Of a stretch of DNA of 64,000 bases, positions 24,647 through 36,312 are shown in pieces. Location: NCBI RefSeq assembly GCF_963921235.1, contig NC_086118.1, positions 17,238,001 to 17,302,000 of the forward strand, written 5' to 3'. Below the pieces are notes generated by a model, which saw only the letters and a program-made list of their open reading frames with translations, did no database searches and had not been told where the DNA came from. The stretch comes from Mobula hypostoma. Taxonomy: Eukaryota. The position numbers and the translations under genes are program-made. Position 1 is the stretch's first letter. Each line of letters begins with the position of its first letter.

Positions 24647-24698
24647 GGTAGAATTGGTTGAAACAGGGCCGCGATGTGAACACTTCTACCTTGGCCCC
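24647..24698 (-). ncRNA. Minimal HDV-like (CPEB3-like) ribozyme at the Vingi 5' end
   Basis: GGGGCC AA GGTAGAA GTG TTCACAT CGC GGCCCT GT TTCAA CCAA TTCTACC: P1 6 bp with G1-U wobble, P2 7/7, P3 3 bp, no P4. Confidence 0.82.
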
Positions 24699-25104
24699 AT
24701 TCTGAGTGGTTAATCCTAACTAGCCTCAGAAATGTCCAAGCTAACATCTGAGTTTAGGGGAAGGACGAAGATAAATAATAAATGCTGAAATTGGAAGCTT
24801 TGGGAACAGTTTTTAAAATGGTGAAAAAGTAAAAGATTCTGAGGACGTAGATTATTATGAGTGAGAGATAAAGCTGATTTTAATAAAGGACTGTCATGGT
24901 TTTGGGACAAAATTAATTCCTTCCCTGAGAACTATTTTAAGGGCAGTAACTTTTGCTCTTGTGAATGTGGGAGCAGGTTAGTGCTCTGGAAAATCCCACC
25001 AACAGGAATGAAATAACAAACAAATCAGCTAATAAATAAATGTCTGGCGATCCTGGGATAATTGTGGTAGATCTGTACATAATAGTATACTGTATACTCT
25101 GTTT

Positions 25105-25445
25105 CTTGCATGCCATCTTGGACAATGTCTCCCATCCACTACATAATGGACTGGTTGGGCACAGGAGTACATTCAGCCAGAGACTCATTACACTGAGATG
25201 CAACACTGAGCGTCATAGGAAGTCATTCCCGCCTGTGGCCATCAAACGTTACAACTCCTCCCTTGGAGGGTCAGACACCCTGAGCCAATAGGTTGGTCTT
25301 GGACTTATTTCTTGTCATAATTTACATGTTACTATTTAATTATGTACGGTTTTATTACTATTTAATTATTTATGGTGCAACTGTAACAAAAACCAATTTC
25401 CCTCGGGATCAATAAAGTATGGCTATGACTATGACTATCTATGTA
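25105..25445 (+). mobile_element. Rex1/Babar 3' end
   Basis: HAILDNVSHPLH...CNTERHRKSFPPVAIKRYN; (ctatga)n tail. Confidence 0.8.
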
Positions 25446-25494
25446 TGTGTATGGAATTGTCATAATCCTTTTGGACACAGGAGTCAGATAGTAT

Positions 25495-27250
25495 TGGTCT
25501 TGTTTTATTATGGTCACGTGTACTAAAATACAGCGAGGCACGTTTGATTGCATGCTGTCCAGGCAGATCATGGCCTGCGTAAGTACATGCAGTAAGTACA
25601 TAAGAATGGTGTAGTAGCTATAGAGAAAGTGCAGTTCAGATAAACAAATAAAGCACAAGGGACACAAAGGGGTAGAAAGGAAGATCAGAAATTCATTTGT
25701 AGTGTATGAGAGACCCATTCAAGAGTCTGAAAACAGTAAGATAGAAGTTGTCCTTAAGATAATGCTTTTATATCTTCTGCTGAATGGAAAAAGGGAGAAC
25801 ACAAAATTTCCAGGGTGGCAGGAGTCTTGATTAAGATGGCTGCTTTCCTGAGGCAGCAGGAAGAGTAGGTGGAGTCAATGGAGGGGAAGCTGATTTCCAG
25901 GGACTGGGATTGTCTTCGTCACTATCTGCAGTCCTGAGCTGTGATGCATCTGGGTAGATTGCTTTCTATGGTGCATCTGTAAGAATTCGTAAGAGATTTG
26001 CCAAGTTCTCTTTGCCTTCTGAGGAGGTAGAAATGTTGTAGTGCATTCTTAGCTGTTCCATCGATGTGACTGGACCTAGAGAAATTGTTGGTGATATTTA
26101 CACCTCGGAACAGGCATAACCATCTCCATCTCTGTACTATTGATGCAGACAGCGGCACCCTGCTTCCTGACGTCAATGACCAGATCCTTTGTTTTGCTGA
26201 CATTCAGGAAGAAGTTCTTGTCTTGACACCTTGCTATAGGGTCCTGTATTACCTTCCTCCTTCTCCTCATTGTTTGAGATCCAGCCAACTATGGTGGTGT
26301 CATCTTAGATGGAGTTAGGACAGAATTTGGCCATGCAGCTGTGAGTGTATAGGAAATAATGGAGGCACTGTGGACACAGCCTTGTGGAGCACTGATATTC
26401 AGGATAGTTGTGGAGTAGGTATTGATGCCTGCACTTACTGATTGTAGTCTGTTGATCAGAAAGTCAAGGATCCAGTTGCAAAGCAGTGTGCAGAGTCTTT
26501 GCTTAGGAGATTGCCGATGAGTTTGATTGGAATTATGGTGTTGAAAGCTGAGTCGTGTTCAATAAATATGAGTCTGGCCTTGGTGTCCTTTGCTATCCAG
26601 ATGCTCCAGTTATAAACGTAGGGCAAGGAAGATGGTATCTGCATCAGGCCTGTTTTGATGGTCGTTAATTGCAGTGAGTGGAGGTTTGCTGGGAAACTGA
26701 AGGTGATGTGGGCCATGACTAGTCTCCAAAGCACTTCATGATGGTAGATGTTAGAGCCACAAGGTGATGGCTATGAAGCACATTACCTGGTATACCTTTG
26801 GCACCAGAATAATAGTGGTCTTCTTAAAGCGGGTGGGAACCTTAGATTGGAATAAGGAGAAGTTAAAGATGTCACTGATTACTACTGCCAGCTGGTCCAC
26901 ACAGGATCTGAGGACATAGCTGGGGACCACATCCAGGCTAATCACTTACTATGGGTTCACTGTCAGGAAGGACAATCTGACATTTTCAATAGTGACGACT
27001 GGAGGTGTTAGAGTGGGCCGGTGTTACTATATTGCCTTTCTGTCTAAAACATACAAAGGGTGAAGTGATCTCATCATAGATGGATGTGTTGTTCCCAGCA
27101 ATACTGCCCAGCTTAATTTTGTAGCCCATTATAGTACATGAGCCTTGCCACAATCAACAGGTGTCTGTGTGGGTCGTCTGGGACCCAGGCTTGTACTAGT
27201 ATTGTTTCTTGGCTTCCCTAATGGCCTTGTGAATGCTGTAGCAAGATCTC
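25495..27250 (-). mobile_element. Degenerate Rex1/Babar RT region
   Basis: [48 protein letters not shown] spread over several broken ORFs. Confidence 0.8.
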
Positions 27251-27814
27251 TCTTCTTTCTTTCTTTATTATTCTTTTTAGTGATTTAAAAGGAACATAAA
27301 TACAAACAAGAGGAGAATTATCTCAAATATATATATCAATACAAACAGAGATTGAAATAGACATGATCAAAATCATACATAGTGTTAAGCTAGTGTATAA
27401 TATATAATAAAAAAGAAAACAGCAGTTCTCCTCTTATCAGTTCATGAAAAGGAAAGAAAAAACTTTGAATTTTAAATGAAGAAAAAAAGAGGGACTAGGC
27501 AGTCCATTCTGAGGATACGACCAGAAAAAAGAAAGAAAGACTTTCTGATCAAATCTAAAATTTGGAAAAAAAAAGATTGGAAGAGTAACAAACCTCGTGG
27601 TACACCATTTTGAAGCGATTGATAGTGTAGTTCATCAAATGCCAACTTCATGGTCCCCATGAAGTGAATTTATGTTGCTTACCTGCTTTGAAACAATGAC
27701 ACTGAAACAAGCAGCAGAGCAAGAATTGAAAACTCTGCATATAGATGCAATCACACAACTACCTCTTGTGATGTTTATGGATAGGCTTATGGGACTGCGG
27801 GATTGCCTTAGCGT

Positions 27815-28660
27815 GAGTGGGCAGGGTTAGAGTGGGGACCTGAGGCTTTAGCTCAAGGCTCAGACCAACATGAGTTTCTGGTAAGTTTCTCACTCTTTCC
27901 TTATTATTGCAAAGGTAGAATGGTGGGAATGGAACCCAGGGTGTGGATGTGCACCTCATGCATGATGGGGGGATTCAGTGAAACCTCCAGTGTCTCCGAT
28001 GACCACATGTGCAAGAAGAGGAGCTACAGGGAGGCAGTCACACTAAAGTTGCAGGAGGCAGGTAGCTGGATGACTGTCAGGAAAGGGAAAGGAAATAAGC
28101 AGACAGTACTTAATACCCTGTTGTTGTTCCCATAAACAACAATTTCAATACTTTTGTTGGGGGGGGCAGAATGACCTACCTGGGGAAAACCACAGCAATC
28201 AGGTCTCTGGCACTGTCCTGTTCAGAAGGGCAGCGGAGAGGAGAGCGATACTGATGCAGGATTCAGTATTTAGGGAACCAACAAGAGATCCTGTGGACAT
28301 GAAAGAGACTCCTGTATGGTGTGTTACTTCCTAGGTGCCAGGGCCAGAGATACCTCAGACTGGGCCCGCAGCATTCTTAAGGGGGAGAGTGAGCAACCAA
28401 AGTTCATGGTACATATAGTACCAATGACATAAGTAGGAAAAGGGATGAGATCCTGAAGATTGAATATAGGGAGCTACGAAGGAAGCTAAAAAAAATGGAC
28501 CTCAAGGGCAGTAATCTCTAGATTGTTGCTTGTGTCACATGCCATTGAGGGTAAGAATCGGATGAAATGGCAGATTAATGTGTGGCTGAAGAACTGGTGC
28601 AAGAGGCAGGGTTTCAGATTTGTGGATCACTGGGATTTCTTCTGAGGAATGAGTGAGCTG
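27815..28660 (+). mobile_element. CR1 5' region and ORF1 (Cys motif plus SGNH-like), degenerate
   Basis: VWMCTSCMM...DDHMCKK, GSWMTVRKGKG; parallels 50200-51200. Confidence 0.75.
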
Positions 28661-28664
28661 ACCA

Positions 28665-28972
28665 AAATGAGCTGATGTTCAGGGCAACAATGAAGGTCCT
28701 CCATCTCTATCTGTATAGAAGGATTCTTCATTGCTGTCTCCATAACAATCATCTTTTCACCAGTTAGGATTGTTAGCCTTGAGTGAAATCCCCCGAACCT
28801 AGAGGTCTGGCGGACCACTCTTAGTCTGGCCTCTACCCTTTGACCTGTTTGGCATGGACAACTCTAACAAAAGACAAAGCACAAGGCGCTGTCTCCAGCT
28901 AATGTAACTCTCTAGGTGTTTAGCCATGCAAGCCTCCAAACCCTATGACAAGGTTGTGGTCCTCTTGGAGGA
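28665..28972 (-). mobile_element. RTE-type short element (5' UTR plus 3' tail)
   Basis: Minus strand accacaaccttgtc...ggaggcttgc...caggtcaaagggtagaggccagactaagagtggtcc...ggaggaccttcattgttgccc; recalled RTE UTR motifs. Confidence 0.6.
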
Positions 28973-30564
28973 CTGTTTTACTGTATCACTCTATATATGC
29001 TGAGTTCTGATGGATTTTTGAAGCTACCACAAATTACTAAAGTGGATGGGAAATCTTCTTGTTATTGAAGGATAAGTTTGGATAAATTTTTATGATGTTT
29101 TTCTATGACCAACTGCAAGGAACCTTGTTTGTCTTTGTCCAATGTGAGTTGACAGCTCAGCAACCCACAGGGGCACGGAACAGTGGCACTGACTGAGCAT
29201 TCACATTTAACTATATCACTGCTGCATTGGATGATCCCACTGCCTCAGTCAGAAACCACAGCACAAATAAGCAGCCCGAGAACATTATGCTTGGTATTAA
29301 ATAAACTGACATGTTCATAAGTCAACTTATTTCTTGTAGGTTCGAAGAGAAGACAAAACGAAGAGAAACCCAAAAAGTGTGATAGAACGAGTCCAAAAAG
29401 CTGATGCAGGTTAAAGCATAAGGATAGGGCACACTGCTGAATTTTCTCATGCCAACCCAGGTATGTGATGTTTTGTGTGAAGGTGGTATGATGAAACTGG
29501 AAGATGACACTTTAATCCAAGTCTTTTGGAAATGCTGTGTTTGGAAAAAGGATAAAACAATTGGTGAATGCATTTTTTTTCCATTTAAGAACTTGCGTGT
29601 CCTTACAATTTCAAGGCCATTTTGGATCAAGACTTGTGTGACGACTGGATTAACTAACAATTGCTTGCCTTGTTGATAAGGATATGTGAAATGGTTGTGG
29701 AACAAAGAGCATCTCAGTCTCTGTGATGATTGCACGAAAAGCAGAGCAAATGAGGCGCTCTTTTTTATGTATATTTATTGATTTGAGGTTTGCATGAGCT
29801 ATGCTAAAATATAGTGTGGGTGCAGGGAAAAGTATTTACCCATCACTCACAGAAGATTTTTGCAATGAATCGAGAAAGAAGCACTTGGATCAGCATTTGG
29901 AATTCATAAGTTATTTTAGTTTTTACTTGGAAGGTCCTTTACCCCAGTACCAAGTGATAAACCAATATCTTTAATAAGAATCAGAATCAGTTTATCATCA
30001 CTGATTTAGATGACATAAAATTTGTGGTTTTGTGGCAGCAGTACTGTGCAAAGACATAACAGTTCTGGAAATTACAAACATCATGAAAAGAAACAATAGC
30101 AATGTAGTGCCCATGGGTCTGTGCACTGTTTAAAAATATGAAGGTGGAAAGGTAGAAATTGTTGTCTGTGGGTCTGTAATGGAACATTAGTGGGGTATTA
30201 CGTCCTGCATTAGCAAAACCTCCTCAGGCACCGTTAAGATTGATGCTAAAAGCCTCTTTTGCAATATCGAACAGAATCTGTGGATATTCTCTCTCTACTG
30301 AATGTAGGCTCTGAAGATGGAAGTGAAGTCTGATCTACATGTTGCATGGGGTTAGTAAGGATTTATAATAGTTTCATGTGAAATTACAGACAGGGCCCAG
30401 GAAGACCCAGTGATAAGAGTGCTCAAAGTACAGACATTAAAAAGAATGGATAAGATTTTTGAATGCAAACACGAGGAAATCTGCAGATACTGGAAATTCA
30501 AGCAACACACATCAAAGTTGCTGGTGAACGCAGCAGGCCAGGCAGCATCTCAAGGAAGAGGTAC

Positions 30565-30600
30565 AGTCGACGTTTCGGGCCGAGACCCTTCGTCAGGACT
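30565..30600 (-). ncRNA. Minimal type I hammerhead motif, intact
   Basis: AGTC-CTGACGA-A-GGGT-CTCG-GCCC-GAAAC-GTC-GACT; palindromic ACGT in place of helix III. Confidence 0.8.
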
Positions 30601-30900
30601 AACTGAAAGAAGAGCTAGTAAGAGATTTGAAAGTGGGAGGGGGAGGGGGAGATCCGAAATGATAGGAGAAGACAGGAGGGGGAGGGATGGAGCCAAGAGC
30701 CGGATAGGTGATTGGCAAAAGGAATATGAGAGGATCATGGGACAGGAGGCCCAGGAAGAAGGAAAAGGGGGAGGGGGGGAAAAACCCAGAGGATGGGCAA
30801 GGGGTATAGTCAGAGAGACAGAGGGAGAAAAAGGAGAAAGAGAAAAAGAATGTGTGTATAAAAATAAATAACGGATTGGGTATGGGGGAGAGATGGGGCA

Positions 30901-31704
30901 TTAGCAGAAGTTAGAGAAGTCTATGTTCATGCCATCAGGTTGGAGGCTACCCAGATGGAATATAAGGTGTTGTTCCTCCAACCTGAGTGTGGCTTCATCT
31001 TTACAGTAGAGGAGGCCGTGGATAGACATGTCAGAATGGGAATGGGATGTGGAATTAAAATGTGTGGCCACTGGGAGATCCTGCTTTCTCTGGCGGACAG
31101 AGCGTAGGTGTTCAGCGAAACGGTCTCCCAGTCTGTGTTGGGTCTCGCCAATATATAAAAGGCCACATCGGGAGCACCAGACGCAGTATATCACCCCAGC
31201 CGACTCACAGGTGAAGTGTCGCCTCACCTGGAAGGACTGTCTGGGGCCCTGAATGGTGGTAAGGGAGGTATAAGGGCAAGTGTAGCACTTGTTCCACTTA
31301 CAAGGATAAGTGCCGGGAGGGAGATCGGTGGGGAGGGATGGGGGGGACGAATGGACAAGGGAGTCGCGTAGGGGGTGATCCCTGCGGAAAGCGGGGGTGG
31401 GGGAGGGAAAGATGTGCTTAGTGGTGGGATCCCATTGGAGGTGGTGGAAGTTATGGAGAATAATATGTTTTACCTGGAGGCTGGTGGGGTGGTAGGTGAG
31501 GACCAGGGGAACCCTATTCCTAGTGGGGTGGCGGGAGGATGGAGTGAGAGCAGATGTGCGTGAAATGGGGGAGATACGTTTGAGAGCAGAGTTGATGGTG
31601 GAGGAAGGGAAGCCCCTTTCCTTAAAAAAGGAGGACATCTCCCTCGTCCTGGAATGAAAAGCCTCATCCTGAGAGCAGATGCGGTGGAGACGGAGGAATT
31701 GCAA
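30901..31704 (-). pseudogene. Penelope RT thumb, linker and GIY-YIG endonuclease (open 267-codon fragment)
   Basis: GIY-YIG motifs VIY...YIG and Cys/His linker; no 5' RT core. Confidence 0.88.
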
Positions 31705-31958
31705 GAAGGGGATGGCATTTTTGCAAAAGACAGGATGAGAGAGGAATAGTCCAGATAGCTGTGAGAGTCAGTAGGCTTATAGTAGACTATAACTAAGGCG
31801 AAGAACTAAGAGCATTCTGCAATTGTTGAAATGGAATGTCATAAGAGAAGAAATGTATTATGCAGCGTCATGTACCTACGATCTTGAAAAGATTTTGCAC
31901 AGATTTCATACAGCAATATTAGGTAACAACACTGTTTACTGACTCTGTTCTGACACCC

Positions 31959-32330
31959 TGAGGCCTCTGTTGGTTGAGCTCGACCATGGATGTTGAGTGC
32001 CAGCTGCCTACATGATACGCAAGCCAGAACGCAAGCCAGCCAGGGCAGTGTGATGTGGAGAGGATGCTGTTCCCCCTCTGCATGCAGCTGATGAATCCAA
32101 AGGAACAGCAGAGAATGATATGGTTTGGCACCAGTGTCGTTGCAGGAATTACCAGTCGTCATTGAACTCAGCGTAGGACTGGACTCCAGCTCTGGATTTT
32201 TCCTTGGAGTTTACTCCCCAAGCCTTCCTCATGAGTGGGTACAGCCGCAAGGCACCGGCAGTTTGAGATCGAAGATTTCCTTCTCCTCGATGAGCTGTCA
32301 ACCACAGCCGATGAGCCCCACCTCCCCAAG
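31959..32330 (-). mobile_element. 5'-truncated copy of the 3054-3636 RTE-type element
   Basis: Colinear similarity, e.g. ctgatgaatccaaaggaacagcagag and gatgagctgtcaaccacagccgatgagcccca. Confidence 0.75.
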
Positions 32331-32419
32331 TTTTGACAGAAACTTAGGATTATTTATCAGTAATTGCTATGCTTGCAGAAGTTGCAGGGACAGACAACCA
32401 AAAATGTTTTTGCGGTCAT

Positions 32420-32900
32420 GGACATGACCAATTATAGATTTTAAGAGGGTACCTGTAGACTCCCACAAAAATTGACAGTTTCGTGCTACTGATTGATGGT
32501 CACTCAAATTAGACTGAAGTAAAACAGGATCATTCATGTGCAACTATTCAGCATAACATGGATGAGTTAAGGTCTATACATTTGTCATGACCAACCTGAA
32601 AACCTGAATACTTACAATAGCCCCTCAGTTTTCAACTACTGTCTTGGATAGCTATGAAATAGAATAGTTTCGACCATTATTTTTCTTTCTTTGTCTTTTC
32701 TGGTGCCAAATGGAACAGCTAAGAGATCAGTCAGATTAATTAAACAAGCTCTTAGGGAGCAAATGTGAGACACGTATAAAAAACACAGCATGAGACATTG
32801 TTGGCCAATTGTTAGCGCGAGATCTGCACGCACTTGGAGGAATATTAGTTAAGGGAAGATTGAGAGCACACTTCAACCTTGGCTTCTTGACTTGAACAGA
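32420..32900 (+). mobile_element. Highly decayed Gypsy integrase fragment
   Basis: Piecewise reading resembles IDF.GP...VLLIDGHS.W.EV...LR...PE.L...N.PQF and GRLRAHF. Confidence 0.4.
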
Positions 32901-33343
32901 AGAACATGAGAAGGAAAGCAGTTTCAAGAAAAGCCTAGCAAGTCAAACACCAGTGGGAGGTAGAAACCATAGTCACAGCCTGTGAAAATAAGAATGAATT
33001 CAAAGTATTCATGCAGATCAAATGATCGCTGCTGGAGGTGAATGGTGTCTGGACACTGAATACTTGATTATGAGATGTGTTTAAACTGGATCTAATTCAG
33101 GCCTCAGAAAGTGAAGTACTAAACTATGCAAATGTTTCATTTAAAATCTAAAAGCCAACTGTACAAAAACTGTTTCAATACCCTATAAGAAGGCCAGGAA
33201 AACCCCTGAAAAGCAGCCCCACAGATGCTGTTCATATATTTTTTTAAAAATCAATTCTAATTGTGTGTCAAAAATATCCAGCTTTTTATGAAAAAGGAAC
33301 AGTCTGGATTACTGGTATACACGGGCCTATTGTGGCCTACACA

Positions 33344-33573
33344 TGATGCACCTTCAATGACTCCAAAAGACTGAAGTAGGGTAATTACTGAAAGGCTTTT
33401 ATTCGCAGTAAAATATGACTTCCATGCTGCGTGTCTGCCCCTGGACTGAGGAGGAGGAGCAAGGCGAAATCGCCTTTATTCGGGGGTCTGTGGGAGGAGC
33501 CACAGGGGCAGTCAGCAGAGGGGCGTGTCCAGACAGTTAACCCAGTTACAACATATATATATGGTTTACCACA
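33344..33573 (-). mobile_element. Solo LTR (230 bp)
   Basis: Minus strand TGTGGTAAACC...GGTGCATCA with AATAAA signals; acaca flanks both sides (33339-33343, 33574-33578). Confidence 0.8.
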
Positions 33574-33974
33574 ACACACAAGACATATTATAGTCCTGTT
33601 CAACAGGAGAGTCGTGTATGTCTACTTAATAGCAATGTCAAAATGACACTGATTCCAACAAGAGCCTGTTGAAGGAGCTTAAAGACTCAACGTAAACATA
33701 ATTTGAGCAAATAACTTACAATCTCTTTCGCTGTGTATCTGCATTTGTGAATACATCGCGGTAATGGAGTTGGCAAGATAAGTCTGTGATCTGAAGATCA
33801 CAAATAATTTGATAGTGAACCTTTAATAAGCTTATAATTACATTTAACATAAACACTCAAATCAAAAACTGAACTAATATCACTTAAGAAAGTGAACCTG
33901 CACATTTAACTTGATCTTGGGTCTCGAGTCCCAGATAACATACAGGAAGGAGCTTGAAAATTTGGCTTAGTGGT

Positions 33975-34855
33975 GTCATAAAGACAACCTGTCACTCAAT
34001 GTCAGCAAGACCAAGGATCTGAATGTAGACTTCAGGAGGGGGAAGCCAGGTGTTCATGAGCCAGTTCTTATTGGTCAATCAGAGGTAGAGAGGGTTAGCA
34101 ACCTTCAATTCCTGGGTGTTACAATTTCAGAGTACCTGTCCTGGACCTTGCACTTCAATGCAATCACCGAGAAAGCACAGCAGTGTCTCTACTTCCTTAG
34201 AAGTCTGCAGAGATTTGGCACGTCATCAAAAGCTCTGTCAAATTTCTATAGATGTGTAATGGAAAGTGTATTGACTGGCTGCATCACAGCCTGATATGGA
34301 AACATAATGCCTTTGAGTGGAAAGTCCTACACTAGGAAGTGGATTCAGCCAGTACATCACGAGTAAAGCCCTTCCAACCATTGAGCACATCTACATGAAA
34401 TGCTGTTACAGGAAAGCAGCATCCATCATCAGAGATCTTCACCACCCAGGTGCTCTCTTCTCATTGCTACCATCAGGTAGAAAGTTTAAGAGCTTCAGGA
34501 CTGGCACCACCAGGTTCAGGAACAGTTACCACCCCTCAACTATCAGGCTCTTGTCCAGAGGGGGATAGTTACACTCACTTGCCCATCCATTGAAGTGTTA
34601 CCACAACCATTGATCTCACTTTAAGGACTCTTTATCTCATTACCTCATGTTCTCGTTATTTATTGCTATTTATTTATACTTGCATTTGCACAGTTTGTTG
34701 TCTTCTGCACTCTGGTTGAACTTTCATTGATATAACTATATTAGTTATAGTTACTATTCTATAGATTGGCTGAGTATGCCCACAGAAAAATGAATCTCAG
34801 GGTTGTATGTGGTAACATACATGTACTTTGATAATAAATTTACTTTGAACTTTGA
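33975..34855 (+). mobile_element. Degenerate Rex1/Babar 3' part
   Basis: ctcaatgtcagcaagaccaag; FSLLPSGRK...FRNSYHPSTIRLL; (ctttgaa)n tail. Confidence 0.8.
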
Positions 34856-35644
34856 GCATGGCTAGGTCCTACTTCAAAGTTCAAAGTACATTTGTTATCA
34901 TATTATGTATACCATATGCAATGTTGGGATTCATTTTCTTGCAGGCAGCCACAAAACAAAGAAACGCAATCGAATTCATGAAAAACCCTTCATCACACAG
35001 ACAGTCATGCATCCAGTGTGCAAAAAAGAAAGAAAAAATTGTGCAAGCAAACAATTCATGGAACATGAACCACCAGAGTCTCTGAAAGTCAGTCTACAGC
35101 CATCGAGCCAGTTCAGGGCTGCTGTCAGTCCAGCAGACTGAAGGTTGCAGGCTACAGCTGTGGAGCCAGCTTCAGTGCTAAGGTGAGTGACGATGGCTGC
35201 CAAGACAGCTCAGCACTGAGGCAAGTAAGCTGTCATGGAGTAATGAGCTGAACACCGATTCTCCTTCTGCAACTGGCCTCGATGCCTTAATTTTTATAAC
35301 TTGGATTCGCACTTAAACCGGACGAATCTCAGTTTGTTTCTGCTCTCAGGCCTGGGCCCACCGTTTCAGGCCAGCCCGATGTTTCAGCCTGGCCCCAAGT
35401 CCTCTCTGGCAATGGCTGCTACAGCCGTACCTGGGTACACAACAGTCCATTACACTGAGCACTTCAGGACATGATAAAACCGGCAGGTCGTACAGATGGT
35501 TCAAAAGCACGCTTCTCGGAGGGAAACTACAGGCTGCAGTGATCGTAATCCCCAAAAAGCATGGTTCATAGAACATTGATAATGTGAATTAATTCAATTG
35601 AAATACACAATAGCCCAAGCAAAATTTGTAAGTAGATAGGTATG

Positions 35645-36312
35645 GAAGAGGTCAACTAGATGCTGACTGGATTATGGGGCATGTGCTATAGGGAAAGGTT
35701 GGAGAAATGTGGGTTGCTTTTTTGGAGCGTTGAAAGCTGAGCAGAGATCTGATGGAGGTTTACAAGATTATGAAAGGCCTAAGTGAAGAAGACGGACGGT
35801 ATCTTTTTCCCAAGGTTGAAATGTCTGATACCTGCGGTTATGTTTTAAGGTGAGATGGGGCATGTTCAGATGATATGTGAGGGGCAGGAGACCACACGGA
35901 GACGGGTGGGTGCCTGGGATGGTGGAAGAGGCAGATACATTCAAGATATTTAAGAGATATTTAGATAAGCGAATGTAGGTGAGGGAGAGGGAAGGATATG
36001 GACATTGTGTAGGTAGAAAGGATTAGTTGAGTTGGCCAGAGGGTATGTATTTAAGAAAAAGGGGTAAATTCAAAGGAGATCTGCGGGGCAATGTTTTTGC
36101 ACAGAGTGGTGGGTGCATGAACTGCTCTGTCAAGGATAGTGGAGGAAGAAAATATGATAGAAGAGCAAGAGGCCGTTAGATAGATAGATTTGCAGGAAAC
36201 TAAAGGATGTGGATATTGTGCAGACAAAAATAATTATTTTAGTTGGGCATTTGGTTACTAATTTAATTAGTTCAGCACAGCATTATGGGCCGAATGCTGT
36301 ACTTTATGTCCT
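35645..36312 (+). mobile_element. Two adjacent CR1 3'-end fragments
   Basis: agagatctgatggaggtttacaagattatg; gtggtgggtgcatg; the tail region occurs twice. Confidence 0.65.

Larger units (their letters stand above)
21586..24698 (-). mobile_element. Full-length Vingi-like (Ingi-related) non-LTR retrotransposon
   Basis: About 3.1 kb with a single APE-RT-Zn ORF and no visible RNase H; 3' end ggacacgataagaagaag; TSD attctgagtgg at 21575-21585 and 24699-24709. Confidence 0.88.
30465..31785 (-). mobile_element. 5'-truncated Penelope-like element with 3' pLTR
   Basis: ORF 30901-31704 (QFLRLHRICS, RVPLVLTYHP, GVIYCVWCSRCGLLYIGET, GMNIDF) plus a pLTR with a hammerhead. Confidence 0.92.

Noticed and set aside
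27255..27615. Possible L1/Tx1 3' end on the minus strand
   Set aside because: Composition is suggestive only; no diagnostic protein motif.
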